DNA from: Macrostomum hystrix
Lineage: Eukaryota; Animalia; Platyhelminthes
Assembly (NCBI GenBank): GCA_950097015.1
Contig: CATNEN010000038.1
Coordinates: 12,896,001 to 12,960,000, forward strand
Length of the DNA: 64,000 nt
Direction of reading: 5' to 3'
The position numbers and the translations under genes were made by a program. Shown one piece after another: positions 1 to 12,109 of this stretch; position 1 is the first letter of the stretch, and each line of letters starts with the position of its first letter. The notes beneath the pieces were generated by a model. The model did not search any database. It was not told where the DNA came from and saw only the letters and a list, made by a program, of their open reading frames with translations.

Positions 1-220
1 ACTTAATTTCCAAACGACTTGATAAAACAAAAACAACAAAATTCTAGTTTTTAAAAACAAAACAACAAAAGCAAGGCATCAATAACTGCACAATGTATTC
101 GACATTGACACTCAAGAAATGCGGCACAAAAAATTAGCAGTCAGGCATCCGCTCGGATTTTAGGCAGCCTGGTCTATCAGCAAACTAAATCAGGGGGGTC
201 AGTTGACCTCCACTGTAATG

Positions 221-3200
221 TCAGCTGAACCCGAATCGAATTCGCTTGACCGCCTGAGCCTGATCGGGAACAGCACGGTAGCCTCGAAGCTGCAGGTGCA
301 AATCTGCGTGGCCGGATGTTGCCGACCGAACAGCTGATGGCAGGCCGGCCAGCTGCGCCACAGAGCCGCTGGCCTCCAGCACGGTGACGTCACCGAGTGC
401 GCTGCCGCCGCAGCTGCGATCAACGCGTTCAACGCTGCAGTGTCGGCGCGCCAGCTCTGCCAGAAGGGCGTCAAAGGCGGCTGACGGCGCCGAAGCTTCG
501 GCCAAGTCGACGCGGAGTCGCATCAGCGGCTCGGTCAGCTGGACGCAGTCGGAGGACGCCAGGCGTTGTCGAACAGCGGAGTAGACCGCCGAGGTCACCT
601 GCGGGCAGGTGTGAGTTTGGCTAGATTGGGGTCAGCTGACCTCCAATCTTACTCGACTAGGAAAGTAAATGATTGGGTCAGCTGACCTCCAATCTTACTC
701 GACTAGGAAAGTAAATGATTGGGTCAGCTGACCTCCAATCTTACTCGACTAGGAAAGTAAATGATTGGGTCAGCTGACCTCCAATCTTACTCGACTAGGA
801 AAGTAAATGAGGGGGACAGATGACTAGTATTGATCGATTGCAAAGTAAACGACAGGTGTCAGCTGTCATCAATACCAGTAAGTAAATACGGGAGTATCGA
901 ACAAGACATTCAATCCCCTAACAGTTACCGCAATCCCACCTGTTGCAGGTATTTCCCTGGTGGAGCACCAGCGTGACCGGCTCGAGCCACGCCGAGCTGC
1001 AGCAGTCGGGCCCTGCAATTCGTCACCTGGCCGCGCACCAGCGGCCCAGCTCGCAGCGCTTTGGCCAGGCCGTCGCGCACCGCACGCAGAACCTGAGGCG
1101 GCAGCAAGCCCCAGTTCTGAGCTTCGGTGTTAACGAAAGTCGTTTCCGGCTCGGCGTTGGCCTCGGCAGCGGCGTCGGCTTCGTCTGCTGGCAGTCGAGG
1201 CAGAAGCTCCAGCGAGAGGCTCACCTCTATGGGGGCACCGTGCGCTTCCGCTCGCTGACTGAAATTCTCTATGGTTGCCATGGCAACTAGACGCTCGCGA
1301 TAGGAGACGGTCACGGGACCAAGGCGGAAGGCGTGCGGACCGAGCTGCTCACGGAGACGTTGGCCCGCCACCTGAGGAATAATGAATGAGCGAGAATACT
1401 CAGGATGAGGATCTGGAAGGAAAGATGCTGGGGAACTCAAACTGGGGATCTGGGAGAGGATGCCTACTCAAACTGGGGATCTGGGAGAGGATGCCTACTC
1501 AAACTGGGGATCTGGGAGAGGATGCCTACTCAAACTGGGGATCTGGGAGAGGATGCCTACTCAAACTGGGGATCTGGGAGAGGATGCTTACTCAAACTGG
1601 GGATATGGGAGTGGATGCCTGCTACTGGGGATCTAGAATATTTGCTGTGGAAATAGGCGAACCCCCCTGACCTGCAGGTGCAGTTCACCAAGGCCGCAGA
1701 GCACAGTCTCGCCAGTCTCTTCATCAGTACGCAGCCGCAGGCCCGGGTCCTCCAGCACGAGGCCGGCGAGAGCTTCGTCCAAAGGCTTGGCCCATGCCGG
1801 CGATTCGGCTTCAACTGAGGCAAAAACCACCGGATCCGGTGGGCGCAGCAGCGGCAGGCGGCGACGACGGGGTCGGGTATCTGTCGGAGTTTCATAACTC
1901 ATTTCATTCGGAGTTATGAAGTTTCATAACGCGCAAAAGTCGATAACATGACAATTTCAATGCAGACTACTGCCAGTAGAGGATTATGGCAATCGTTTTT
2001 TTTCAAAAAGAGCTAAAAAAAATTTCTTAGTGCTAAGCATACCATTTAAAGTCTCGTCTAGATCTTCTAAGTCGTCAGCAGTCGCCTCCCTGGACAAAGG
2101 CTGGTCGCTCACGATGTCCCCAGTGGTCACGGCCGTGGAGGCGGCCGTGGCACCAGAACCGGCAGCAGTCGTGGACTGTCCGAACGATGCGGCCACAATC
2201 TGGCCGGGCCCAGCGCCATCTGGCAGCTCGGTGAATTCGTCCGCAAATGGCCGATAGACCCTGGCGCACCTGTGCGGATGGCTGCCGGAAGACACACCGG
2301 AGGTGACAAACAGGTTGGCCTTTGGCAGCAGCCGGCCTGAGAAGATCCTGAGCAGCGGAGCAAAGAGATTTAGTGGCTTAGAAAGTAGATTTAATTTCTT
2401 TAACAGTAAAAGACCACGCTATATTCCTACTTGGTTATTTCAAATACCCACTGCCTACTTAACGATAGCTCCCAAACAGAATGACCGATGTTCGTAAAAG
2501 TCCACCATATGGATCAAAATTTTCCGACTTTCATTACGAATAGGAATACGAATTTCATTATCGGATAGAGTGGAAAATTTTAGCCCGTGTTCTGGATTTT
2601 CATTGCGATTGGTAGAATATTTTAGGAGATACAGAAAAAAGTAAGAAGTGCGTTTTTGAAATACCCCCGTGGTATTTCTACTGTTAAATCACGTGAAGGC
2701 ATGCGACCTCTCTACAATAGCACCATAAGGTCACGTGACAAATGGTTCTAACCGAAAGAATGTGAGCGAGCCCTTGGCCGGATCGCGAACCGTCTTAAAC
2801 GCCAGCGCCTCGAGCGCCTCCGCCGTCTGCTTTGTTGTCGCGGAGGTCGGGGGCACTTCCGGCGGCGGCAGGAACTGCAGCACAGCGTCCAGCAGCTCTG
2901 GGATCCCGAGACCCAGCTTGGCCGAGCCACATAGGGTTGGCGCCAGACGAAGACTCCGGGTGGCCCGCGCAAGCGCCGGCGTCAAATCTGTTGCCATGGA
3001 GACGCTGTCAAAGTCCGGAGAAGAGTCGGAAAGAAATTTGTCAGCTAGAATTTCGTCGGCGTCAACGACTGCCTCTAGAAGACGGCGGCGATCTTCGACG
3101 AATTCTGAGTCTTCGGCACTTAAGAACGGGTTGGCGGACGTCCATGAGCAATGAGAAGCAATATGCTTCTAGGAAAGCAGATAAATTTCGAGTAAAAAAT

Positions 3201-4188
3201 GTTTACTAGGCAGACTTACATTTTGCTGTCATCAGCAAGCAGCGGCAGCAGTCGGTCGATGCCGCCACCGACTGTCGGCCGGTTGATCAGAACCGGCGCC
3301 AGGCCCAGCTGGGCGGCCAAAGAGGCCAGGCAGGCACGGACTGCGGGGATGCGCCTATTGGCGGGCAGCAAGTCCAGCTTGTTGAGGAAGACCAGGGCGG
3401 GCAGGCCGAGGCGATGTGCCCGACGGCACACTGAGACTGTCTGAGCCTGCACGCCGCGCGTGGCGTCCAGCACCAGCGCAACGCCGTCTGCAAGTTTGAA
3501 TTGAGAATATTATCCCACTTTTGATAAGGCATAAGAACTAAATACTTTACTTCCCGCCCCATTATCTCCACCTTATCTACTTCCAGTCCCTTTATTTTCA
3601 CCATATCTACTTCCAGCCTTTCCATCGCTCACCTGATCTATTTCCAGCCCTTTCATCTCTCATCTTATCTATTTCCAGCCCTTCCATCTCTCAACTGATC
3701 TACTTCAAGCCCCTCTATCTCTCACCCTATCTACTTTAAGCTACTCAATCTCGCAGTCTCTAATTCCTCAATACCTTAACTCATCTACTATCAGCCCTCT
3801 TGAAACCCTCGCCAGACTGACCTAGGGCGCACAAAGCTCGCTCAACTTCAAACGCAAAGTCAACGTGGCCAGGCGTATCAATCAGGGTGATCTGATGGCC
3901 CTTCCATTTAAAAGCAACGGCAGCCGACACGATAGTGATGCCCCGCTCCCGCTCCTGTGTGAGGTAGTCGGTGACAGTGTCCCCCCGGTCAACACTGCCA
4001 ACAGCTCTAGTTGCGCCAGAAACATTGAGAATTCTCTCAGTTGTTGTCGTCTTGCCGGCGTCGATGTGGGCCACAATGCCAATGTTGCGCAGTCGAGACA
4101 GGCTGCCGCTGGTGGCAACAGCGGAAGCACTCAAGAGCAGCTGCGTGAGGCGCTGCAACAGTCGATAAACGAAAGTCATTAAAAACAA
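221..4188 (-). CDS. GFM2: Mitochondrial ribosome-recycling factor EF-G2mt (multi-exon; start codon unresolved)
   Basis: Exons at approx. 3823-4153 ([44 protein letters not shown]), 3219-3488 (FLNKLD), 2752-3150 (CGSAK, ALAFK), 2042-2345, 1672-1890 ([26 protein letters not shown]), 941-1372 (VSYRE) and 221-598 (LTEPLM...RSATSGHA), mostly with GT-AG flanks. The [10 protein letters not shown] signature favours EF-G2mt over EF-G1mt. Confidence 0.9.
624..810. repeat. 46-bp tandem repeat (~4 copies) in the last GFM2 intron
   Basis: Unit gattgggtcagctgacctccaatcttactcgactaggaaagtaaat, containing the palindrome ggtcagctgacc. Confidence 0.95.
1436..1633. repeat. 31-bp tandem repeat (~6 copies) in a GFM2 intron
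   Basis: Unit ctcaaactggggatctgggagaggatgccta. Confidence 0.95.
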
Positions 4189-7100
4189 AGGTTGAAAGAA
4201 TTCTGGCTGTTTGTACTCCTAGATTGTATAATGCTACATAATTCTTAGAAAATATTCTAGCGAGACTCCTGAGAGATAAGAGACAAAGAAATAATTTTTG
4301 ACTCGCCAAGTGAGGGAGATACCTAGGGGCCATGGACTCTGCTCAGTTTTGATAAAAATGGTCTTGAAATTTATAACGATTTATACTTAATGTATTACTT
4401 ATATTCAAACTGGCTAGTAAAAATAGTCATCGCCACAATAAAAGTAAACAAAATACTGAAATTAACTAGCTTTAACTTACTTCACTTAAAAAATATACAA
4501 AAAGACATGACTGGCTGGTGATATTGCCCCATTATGGCCTTGTTTGGATGTTAGCCAGCAAGCTAACTTGTGGCCTGAATTTTCAGGTATAGCTAGCTAC
4601 CAAAACACTTTGAGATTACTAGAAGATTATATAAATAGGCAAAGTAGCTAATATTAAAGAAATTCTAAAGGCAGACTAGCAGCCTAATCTAACAGACTTT
4701 GTAGTATTCTTAATTTTTCCTGTTTATATAAACAGTTTAATTTGCAACAAACAGACATTTTGCAGTTACAAGTTTACACTTAACTTTATCTGCTTAAAAC
4801 AGATATAACCTTAATGTAAAATATCATAAAATATTTTTATTGACATTGAAATGATGCTTATCTTACAACACATAGTAACAGTACCTAATTATATATATAT
4901 AATAATAACTTTGCATACCAATGGTTTAAAAGTTAATGTTGTGTCATTAATTGAGCTTGTTATTAAAGTTTTAGCATACTTTCATGTTACAATCCCCATT
5001 TTTTCATTATTTCCTTATATGATGAACATTAAAATGAATAAACAGAAGAATGTGGATCTAAAAGTGTTGTTCCAAGTGTAATTCATACTACCATTACCAA
5101 AATTCTGAATCATTTCAGATGAAAACTACATCAACAAGGATGACAACAAAAGACGACAGGAAACCAAGAAGCAGAGTTTCACTTTGCTTTTCACTTTTAT
5201 ATATTCACTTTTGTGTTACCATCTACTCCTCATATGAAACATTAAGGGGCTTAATTCGGGCCATAATGAGGAAGGCATAGCATGTACACCAAAACAAAAC
5301 CTATCTGGATTTTTTATGTGCCCTGTGCACCATATAACAATGCCAGCTAATGTGTGTGCCAAAAAGATCGAATATGATCACATGACATGAACAATGGTCA
5401 GTGATCATAAAACTAAATAATGGTCCAAGTTTTCAGCTTATGCTAGCAAATACTAATAAACATATTTCCTTCCGCCATCATTCTTGTAGGTCGACATCAT
5501 ATTTTATTAATAGCTATAAATAGAAATAATATTTTTCCCACATAAGATGTGATGACTAATGACAGGACTTGTAAAATAGTCAATAGAAAAAATATTTTAT
5601 GCATAGCAAACAGCACAGCACAGCACAAAACTTTCAAGATAAATAAGACAACTAAAAAGTACACCTATTTGCAGAGTTTTGGTGATAGCAAGGTAGTGCT
5701 TTACAAAATTTATGAAAAAGAATATTAAATAATGGATCCATAAGGACTTCTTAATAGAAGTCCTTATGGACTTCCTTATAGTTTAAATGGTTCGAATCGT
5801 AAATATAAAATATTATCGTACTTTTATAAATTACTTCGTAGAAAAATTGATTTTTGAAAGTTTCAATAAGTAAGCTTCATAACTTCTTAGCCTCCTAAAT
5901 AAAGTCCAGCGATCTTTTAAATGCTAATTGTTAATTACGCGATTTTATTTTATTTACTCTAGTTTTTTCAAGGCACAATAGAATTTTTCCAACTTGTTAT
6001 AACTATCCAGCGCTGATTTTTCAGATCAGGATACCGTAACAAATTTAAAAGGTTTATACCGTCAGATCGTTAAAGTCGTTAAAAGGACATTTGAATCGTC
6101 TATGTCGTATTTGCGGAACTGCTCTAACTGACATTATTTTATCTGTTGTGTAGATGTTTTTATATGTTGGCACAAATCTTATTGTAAAATTTATAGTATT
6201 CTTTATTCATTACTGGTACTACAATTGTCTTTCTACTATATTATCTTCCCTTGACTATGTACTGCACCCTGCCCTGGCTTAACTCTTAAAACTCTGAAAA
6301 TCCGAAAATAAACATTGCTCTTTTGGCTATGGCTGCTATGTATGATAACTTTCCTTTAAAGGAGGTCATATATTGACCGTTGATATTTTGGACATGTCTT
6401 TTGCCATATGCCAATTAGGCCAAGATAATAATTTTTTGTTCTAGGCCCTAGCATCGTGGCCTACAACCCTACACATTATCTCAAGATTTCACCAATGTTT
6501 TGTTTTTTTTCTCTGTCAAACATTAGGCCTAGCCTATTCTAAATCTCTGACTCGCATATTATTCTGTCCTGTCTGTCCTCAGTCCTTCTAGTGCTAGCAT
6601 TTAGTCTGTCTACAACTAATAGGGCCTAACTACAGAATGGAAGTGCTTATTCCCACAGTCCCGTGCCAATAATTTGAATTTTATCCACGTATCCGTGCCA
6701 ATAATTTTCTGCTTATCCACATTTTAATGTATTTACTAGTATTTACTAGGCCTAGCATAAGATAATGATAATTTTTAGTTCTTTGGCAATTTTAAACAGA
6801 TTTTTATATACATTTTGTTTTAAGTGCAGTACAAATGCCTTGCCATTTGTCCAAGAAAAGTAACATTTGCTAAATTGTGAATAGGAAAGGTCAGTTAGCT
6901 AAAGAGTAGAATAGGGCCTACTGTTCTAGTATGTATAAAGCATTTGTTTTGATAACCTTATACTTATACTTGCAAAGAGCAATAGCCTTAAAAACCAGAT
7001 TTGCTTTCTAAATTCTTGGCATGTACATATTTTAATAATAAATGCAATCTTGCACAACAATAACAATATCAATAAATAGAAAAGCCATACCAAATGATGT

Positions 7101-7642
7101 TTAAATTCATAGGCCTAATTATCCTTAGGTTGATGGCACACAACTCACAAGCTCATACAAAGTTTCTTTAAAAAAACATGTTATTAGCTGAGAAGACTAG
7201 TAAATATATTTCCCCTTTAGGGGGAAGACAGAAGAAAAAAGAATTTTGAAGCCCTAACTGAATAACTAATTTCAAGTCCATTAGTGCTATTTATTATCAA
7301 AGGACCTAGTTCAAACCTTTGGCATTCAATATTCAATGACCTTTAACATAATACATTTTATAGGCCTAATGCAAAAGAAAAATATTTTTACCTCTACTTG
7401 CAATTTGTAACTTAGCTTCTTATTTTAAATTCTTGAGCTTATTTTTAGTTGGCCATAGGCCTAGCTAGATTGCTATTTTCTTTAATAGACCTAGTAAAAA
7501 AATCTCATATATGAGAAATCCAAAAGAACTAAAATGTAATATCATTGCCACTTGTCATTTCTAGTCATTTACTGTGCTTTTTTTCTGTGTAAAATATTAT
7601 AATTACTTAATTTTGTAAGGGATGTTTAGTAAAATATTACAT

Positions 7643-7725
7643 ATGATGAACCTAGGTAATAGGAAGTGCCGACTGAAGCCACATCTTCTTTTTTGGCAAC
7701 TGTTGCATAGTTTAATACCATCTGA
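7643..7725 (+). ncRNA. SNORD49: Box C/D snoRNA, U49/SNORD49-like, copy 1
   Basis: Box C ATGATGA at 7643, guide TAATAGGAAGTGCCGA followed by D' CTGA, terminal box D CTGA at 7722-7725. The guide is antisense to the conserved 28S rRNA segment GUCGGCUCUUCCUAU. Intronic, about 80 nt upstream of an AG acceptor. Confidence 0.85.
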
Positions 7726-7925
7726 CTGTTTTATTTATAGTCATTTTTAAATAACACTTGATATTGTCATTCATCAAAAATTTTATTTTTGTTCTTTTTT
7801 TCAGCCATCCTATCAGGCCACTTGCAACACTTAAATGGAAGTCCGAAGATCAAATTTTTGTGGTGAGTATGTAAGTTTTCTTCCACTTTTTAGCTGTTTT
7901 TATCTTAAACTGCTCACTACTCTAC

Positions 7926-8008
7926 ATAACAAACCTTGGTAATAGGAAGTGCCAACTGAAGCCAGTTCTTTTTATTGTGGCTACTGTTGCTTAGTTTCTG
8001 TCATCAGA
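7926..8008 (+). pseudogene. Degenerate U49-like snoRNA, copy 2
   Basis: Same body sequence, but box C is mutated to ATAACAA, the guide has a G>A change (gccaactga) and box D reads CAGA. Confidence 0.7.
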
Positions 8009-8369
8009 TTTTGTTGTTGAAAATGGTACACTCGTATAACTTGTATGTTTTATCTTGAAAACTTTTGTGACAAACAATTTTCCTTTCTAGATACTCTTTT
8101 GCATTAATGATGGACTGAGCCAATTTTTTCAACAACATTTGAAAAATGTTTATGTAAGTTTTTATTACAATTTCGTGTGCCTTGGTTAGTAATACAAGCG
8201 TTTGTATAATAAAAGTTCTGCCGTGTCAGTCATATTAGTTTGCATTTTTTAGTTTCTGCATAGCAAAAGCTCTTACTTTCCCTATCATGATGTTAATAAC
8301 TATGACAAATTAGTAATTCAAAAGTTAGATGAATTACTTGCACCTTCAAATCAAACTTTAGACGTTGAA

Positions 8370-8451
8370 ATGATGAACCTTGGTAATAGGAAGTGCCGAC
8401 TGAAGCCAGACCTGTATTGCGGCTACTGTTGCATAGCTAAATGCCATCTGA
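8370..8451 (+). ncRNA. SNORD49: Box C/D snoRNA, U49/SNORD49-like, copy 3
   Basis: ATGATGAaccttggTAATAGGAAGTGCCGA-CTGA...ccatCTGA; intronic. Confidence 0.85.
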
Positions 8452-8655
8452 TTAAGTTCCTATTAGGAATATTTGTATAATTGTTTCTAAACAAATAATT
8501 ACATATATGTTTTTGCACTTTTTTGCAGATTAAGAACCTAAAGTTGGACTATCCTCATCAGCTGGATACACAAATTTGTGAGTCTGAAATATAATTTATA
8601 CTGTCGTTTTACTTTTATTAGGATTGTGTGCATGTATCGCATTGCAGACTTTTTA

Positions 8656-8737
8656 ATGATGAACCTTGGTAATAGGAAGTGCCGACTGAAGCCAGACCTT
8701 TATTGCGGCTACTGTTGCATAGCTAAATGCCATCTGA
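8656..8737 (+). ncRNA. SNORD49: Box C/D snoRNA, U49/SNORD49-like, copy 4
   Basis: Nearly identical to copy 3; lies in the intron 8578-8823 (gtgagt...ttgcag). Confidence 0.85.
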
Positions 8738-9019
8738 TATTTCCTATAAGTAACATTTATCTATATGAAATGTTTCTTAACTAAAAAAACAAAAATAGCG
8801 TTTGCATACTTTTTTCATTGCAGATTAAAAACTTAAAGTTGTGACTCCCTCTTCGGCTGAATAATCAAATTAGTGAGTCCTATATTTACTATTACTATAA
8901 TAATCATATTTGCAGGATAGCTATTTGGGCACTAGCACATCATTTGTTGACAGTAGACCCGAAGCCGTCGAGGTAATTCTGCTCATTCCACAGACTCCTG
9001 AGAAGACGCACACATACTT

Positions 9020-9230
9020 TACACGGCACACACACAGGTGTGTACATCTGCCCCTAGATTTCTCATCGTCAAGACAGTGTACATTCTCCCGGCCTTGGTT
9101 AAAAGTTAGCCTACATAATAGGACAAGCCTGCACCCATAAATAGCAAAAATGTGGCCTCGCCGCGGAATCGAGCTTAGGGACTTTAGTGGAAGTGTCCAA
9201 GGCGTTACACAGCTCTGCCACTCACCAGTT
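9020..9230 (-). mobile_element. tRNA-derived SINE-like insertion
   Basis: The minus strand reads agtggcagagctgtgtaacgc...gctcgattccgcggcgaggcca (A-box/B-box-like, tRNA-like head) and the element ends near a short (CA)n tract. Confidence 0.45.
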
Positions 9231-9279
9231 AAGCTGTGATATACTATTAGGATTGCATCTATCGCATAGAAGACGTTTA

Positions 9280-9360
9280 ATGATGAACCTTGGTAATAGG
9301 AAGTGCCGACTGAAGCCAGATTTTTTTGCGGCTACTGTTGCATAGCTAAATGCCATCTGA
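9280..9360 (+). ncRNA. SNORD49: Box C/D snoRNA, U49/SNORD49-like, copy 5
   Basis: Intact C, D' and D boxes and guide; lies in the intron 8973-9441. Confidence 0.85.
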
Positions 9361-10059
9361 TTGTTTATTAAGCGTGTTATGGAAGTCTTTATGTTATAAC
9401 AGTTTCTGTTTAAAAAAACTCCCTACCCTCTCTTTCCGCAGTTCGAGTCAACTGAATGCGGTCTCGCGTGTCGTGCCGAAGAATGGTGTTATTGTGAAGT
9501 CACTAAAAAGAAGCTGTATTTATTTCGATTAAATTGAGTGATATTTTCTAGTTTCTAATGCGCACTTCTTTTACAGAAAATATTCTACAGTTTTTCTTTC
9601 TTCAGTTTTTTATGAATCGTGTACGTCATTGCGAAGATGTTTCAAAACTGGATATTTTATGTTCCTCTATATGTTAAATGGCAGGTGGCAGTAAGACATT
9701 TCAAGGCAATTATAATTTGTCAAACGTATAGCTCTCAGATGCAATTTTATTACAATAAATACATCCTGCCGCCTTTACTGATTTATTTATAATTTGGAGA
9801 TTCTGGTTACATTTTTTGAGTTTATAAAAAGTTCAAGAATATTTGTTTCCATTCATTTTTACAGAAGTGAATTGGCTTATAATTAATGGGTTTAAGTATC
9901 ATGAGAGCTAAAACTATAAAAGGCCTTGATTTGCATAAAAATATGCTCTGGGTAAGCTAATAAAGCATAAAAACAAGCCTCAACCCATACACTTATCTTT
10001 GCCGTTATCTCAAGTTAACACTCGTTTACAGTGCCCTCAGATGAGTCCAGAACACGTAA

Positions 10060-11633
10060 TATAGCTTTTGTCAAGCTATCTCAGCGAATGGGCATTCAAA
10101 CTGAGCCAGCCCATCTTGTCACAGCGGTTTTTTGCTGAAGCTGCTAATTTTTACCATAGACATGCATTTTAAGACCATGCTATCTCAGCTTGGGACGAGC
10201 AATCTCAGCCAACATATAAGTTCTGTGTTATTCTGTCTATAGTTTTGTTAACATTTTAAGCTGTTCCGCCAAAATGTTGATAGAAGACCCTTTATCTCCG
10301 CGTGTACGGAAGGACAGGATATTGGTCTAGCCGCTACAATTCTTGGCATCAAATTGCAAACCGCTCGCCACATCATTGCCACTTTTGAAGCTACAGGTCG
10401 GATTGATGCTCTTCAGCGCGGAGGCCGGAAGATCGGCTCTTGCAAGCTGGACGACGAGATGCGCCAAGTGCTCATCGGCCTCTTAAATGAAAATCCGATG
10501 GCGACACTGAAAGCATTGCAGACTAATCTCGCTGCTCAGCTTCCAGACAAGCCACCGGTCTCCATTAAGACAATAGCCAGAGCTCTGGATGGAGCCCTGT
10601 ATACATTTAAGATTGCCACTAAGAACTACGACATTCGATTGAGTGCAAACTCTCCCGCGGTGATAAAGAAGCGACGCGAGTATGCGCTACTCATGGCGGG
10701 ACTGCAACTGGATACGGTGGTAATCTATATAGACGAGACGGGGTACAACCTCTGGACGCGCAGATCACAGGGAAGGTCGCGACGGGGTCAGCCAGTGAGA
10801 CGGCGTTGCCCAACACAGAGGGGTCCAAATCTTTCCATCTGTCTGGCCGTGTCATCTGCACTTGGGTTGGTGAAGAGTGAGTTATTCAGAGGAGGCCAGA
10901 CAAAGGAGAGGTTTCAACAATTCATCAATGACCTCGTGGAGCAAGTCATCCCGGAAATCGGCAACGCCAGAGTCGTCATAGTCTGCGACTGTCATCGCGG
11001 TGTGACAGTGCCGGAGCAGCACCGCCATCAGTTTGAAATTCAGCTGCTGCCCGCTTACTCGCCGTTTCTCAACCCGTGTGAGATGGCTCATAGTGCAGTG
11101 AAGGCTTCGATCAAGCTGCAGCTCGCTGAACCCGCACTGGTGGAGGAAGAAGCTGGTGGCCGACCTGATGGAGTCACCTGCGTGGAATGGCGCATTTTTC
11201 TGCTGGAGCGAGTGGGCCGAGACTCTGCAATTTGTGGCGCCAATGAAGGTAGCCAGGTGGGAAATTCACTGCAACCGGAGCTTCCCACAATGCATCCAGG
11301 AGGTACCTTTCAACTAAACTGAAATAGCCTGTTAACAGATTGTCTCTGGTATAGCCATTTTCAAAGTTTGCTCTGTATATCCCATCCCATACTCTGTTTT
11401 CTGTTACCCTGTTTTTCTCTTGTAAATAGACTGTTTAAAAAATGTTAACAAAACTACAGACAGAATAACATAGAACTTATAGGTTGGCTGAGATTTCTCG
11501 TCCCAAGCTGAGATAGCAATTAAAATGCATGTCTATGGTAAAAATTAGCAGCTTAGGTAAAAAAACCGCAGTGACAAGATGGGCTGGCTGAGATCGAATG
11601 CCCATAGGCTGAGATAGCCTGACAAAAGCTATA
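10060..11633 (+). mobile_element. Tc1/IS630-family DNA transposon with ~200-bp imperfect TIRs, degenerate
   Basis: 10060-10257 is the imperfect reverse complement of about 11440-11633 (tatagcttttgtca...gttaacatttt / aaaatgttaac...gacaaaagctata), and the pair flanks a transposase ORF. Confidence 0.88.
10354..11322 (+). pseudogene. Tc1/IS630-like DDE transposase, probably inactive
   Basis: HTH region, YIDETG (D1), VCDCH (D2, lacking the usual DNAxxH residues) and LPAYSPFLNPCE (E). No ATG at the expected N-terminus; the C-terminus looks frameshifted. Confidence 0.85.
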
Positions 11634-12109
11634 CTGTCAAGTTTTGTGACAGTATATAAACGATTCGGTCTCAATTCCAGACAGTTAACTTTATTGAGTG
11701 CCCGGAAAAAAGTTAGCAATGACCGGTAATTATTTGAACAATCTAACCTGCCCAGCGGTAACTCAGTTGATGGCTACTGCCCTGTGTGAAGTCTAGAGCC
11801 ATTTTATGAGTGAAATTCTCAGAGTAACCCCCGATACATGTCAGAGCAGCAATAACGGACATGTTATCTTCTTCCTGTGCAAGACAGACTATAGGGAAGT
11901 CGGGATGCCTTGCTTGAGTTGAATAATTTTCTGCGATTCCAATGAGCTATACTGCACTGTGATGGGTGAATTGTGCTTTAAAGCCCGCCCGGACCAATGT
12001 GCCTTATACCTTATACGTATACCTTACACGCCTTATAAGTTTATACCGTCGCTGATATGACAAAATCTGTAAGCAGCTTGCTTTGTCGCACTCGCAGCTC
12101 ACAAAACTA

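Larger units (their letters stand above)
7600..9540 (+). ncRNA. Non-coding snoRNA host gene (UHG/GAS5-like); 5' end upstream and not located
   Basis: Small exons bounded by polypyrimidine-AG and GTRAGT/GTAATT: 7805-7862, 8091-8153, 8529-8577, 8824-8872, 8916-8972 and 9442 onward. No sustained ORF; at most one snoRNA per intron. Confidence 0.7.

Noticed and set aside
5019-5108. Additional C/D snoRNA (ATGATGA...CTGA)
   Set aside because: AT-rich context makes chance boxes likely, there is no convincing rRNA complement, and it lies only about 10 nt from the next AG.
5373-5409. Hairpin tatgatcac...gtgatcata as an H/ACA RNA or pre-miRNA
   Set aside because: The stem is short and no properly placed H or ACA boxes were found.
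9150-9230. Functional tRNA gene
   Set aside because: The cloverleaf is imperfect and it is attached to a longer body; better explained as a SINE head.
7643-9360. CRISPR-like regularly interspaced repeats
   Set aside because: The ~82-nt repeats have C/D boxes and rRNA complementarity, and the spacers contain splice sites and exons; an intronic snoRNA array explains them.
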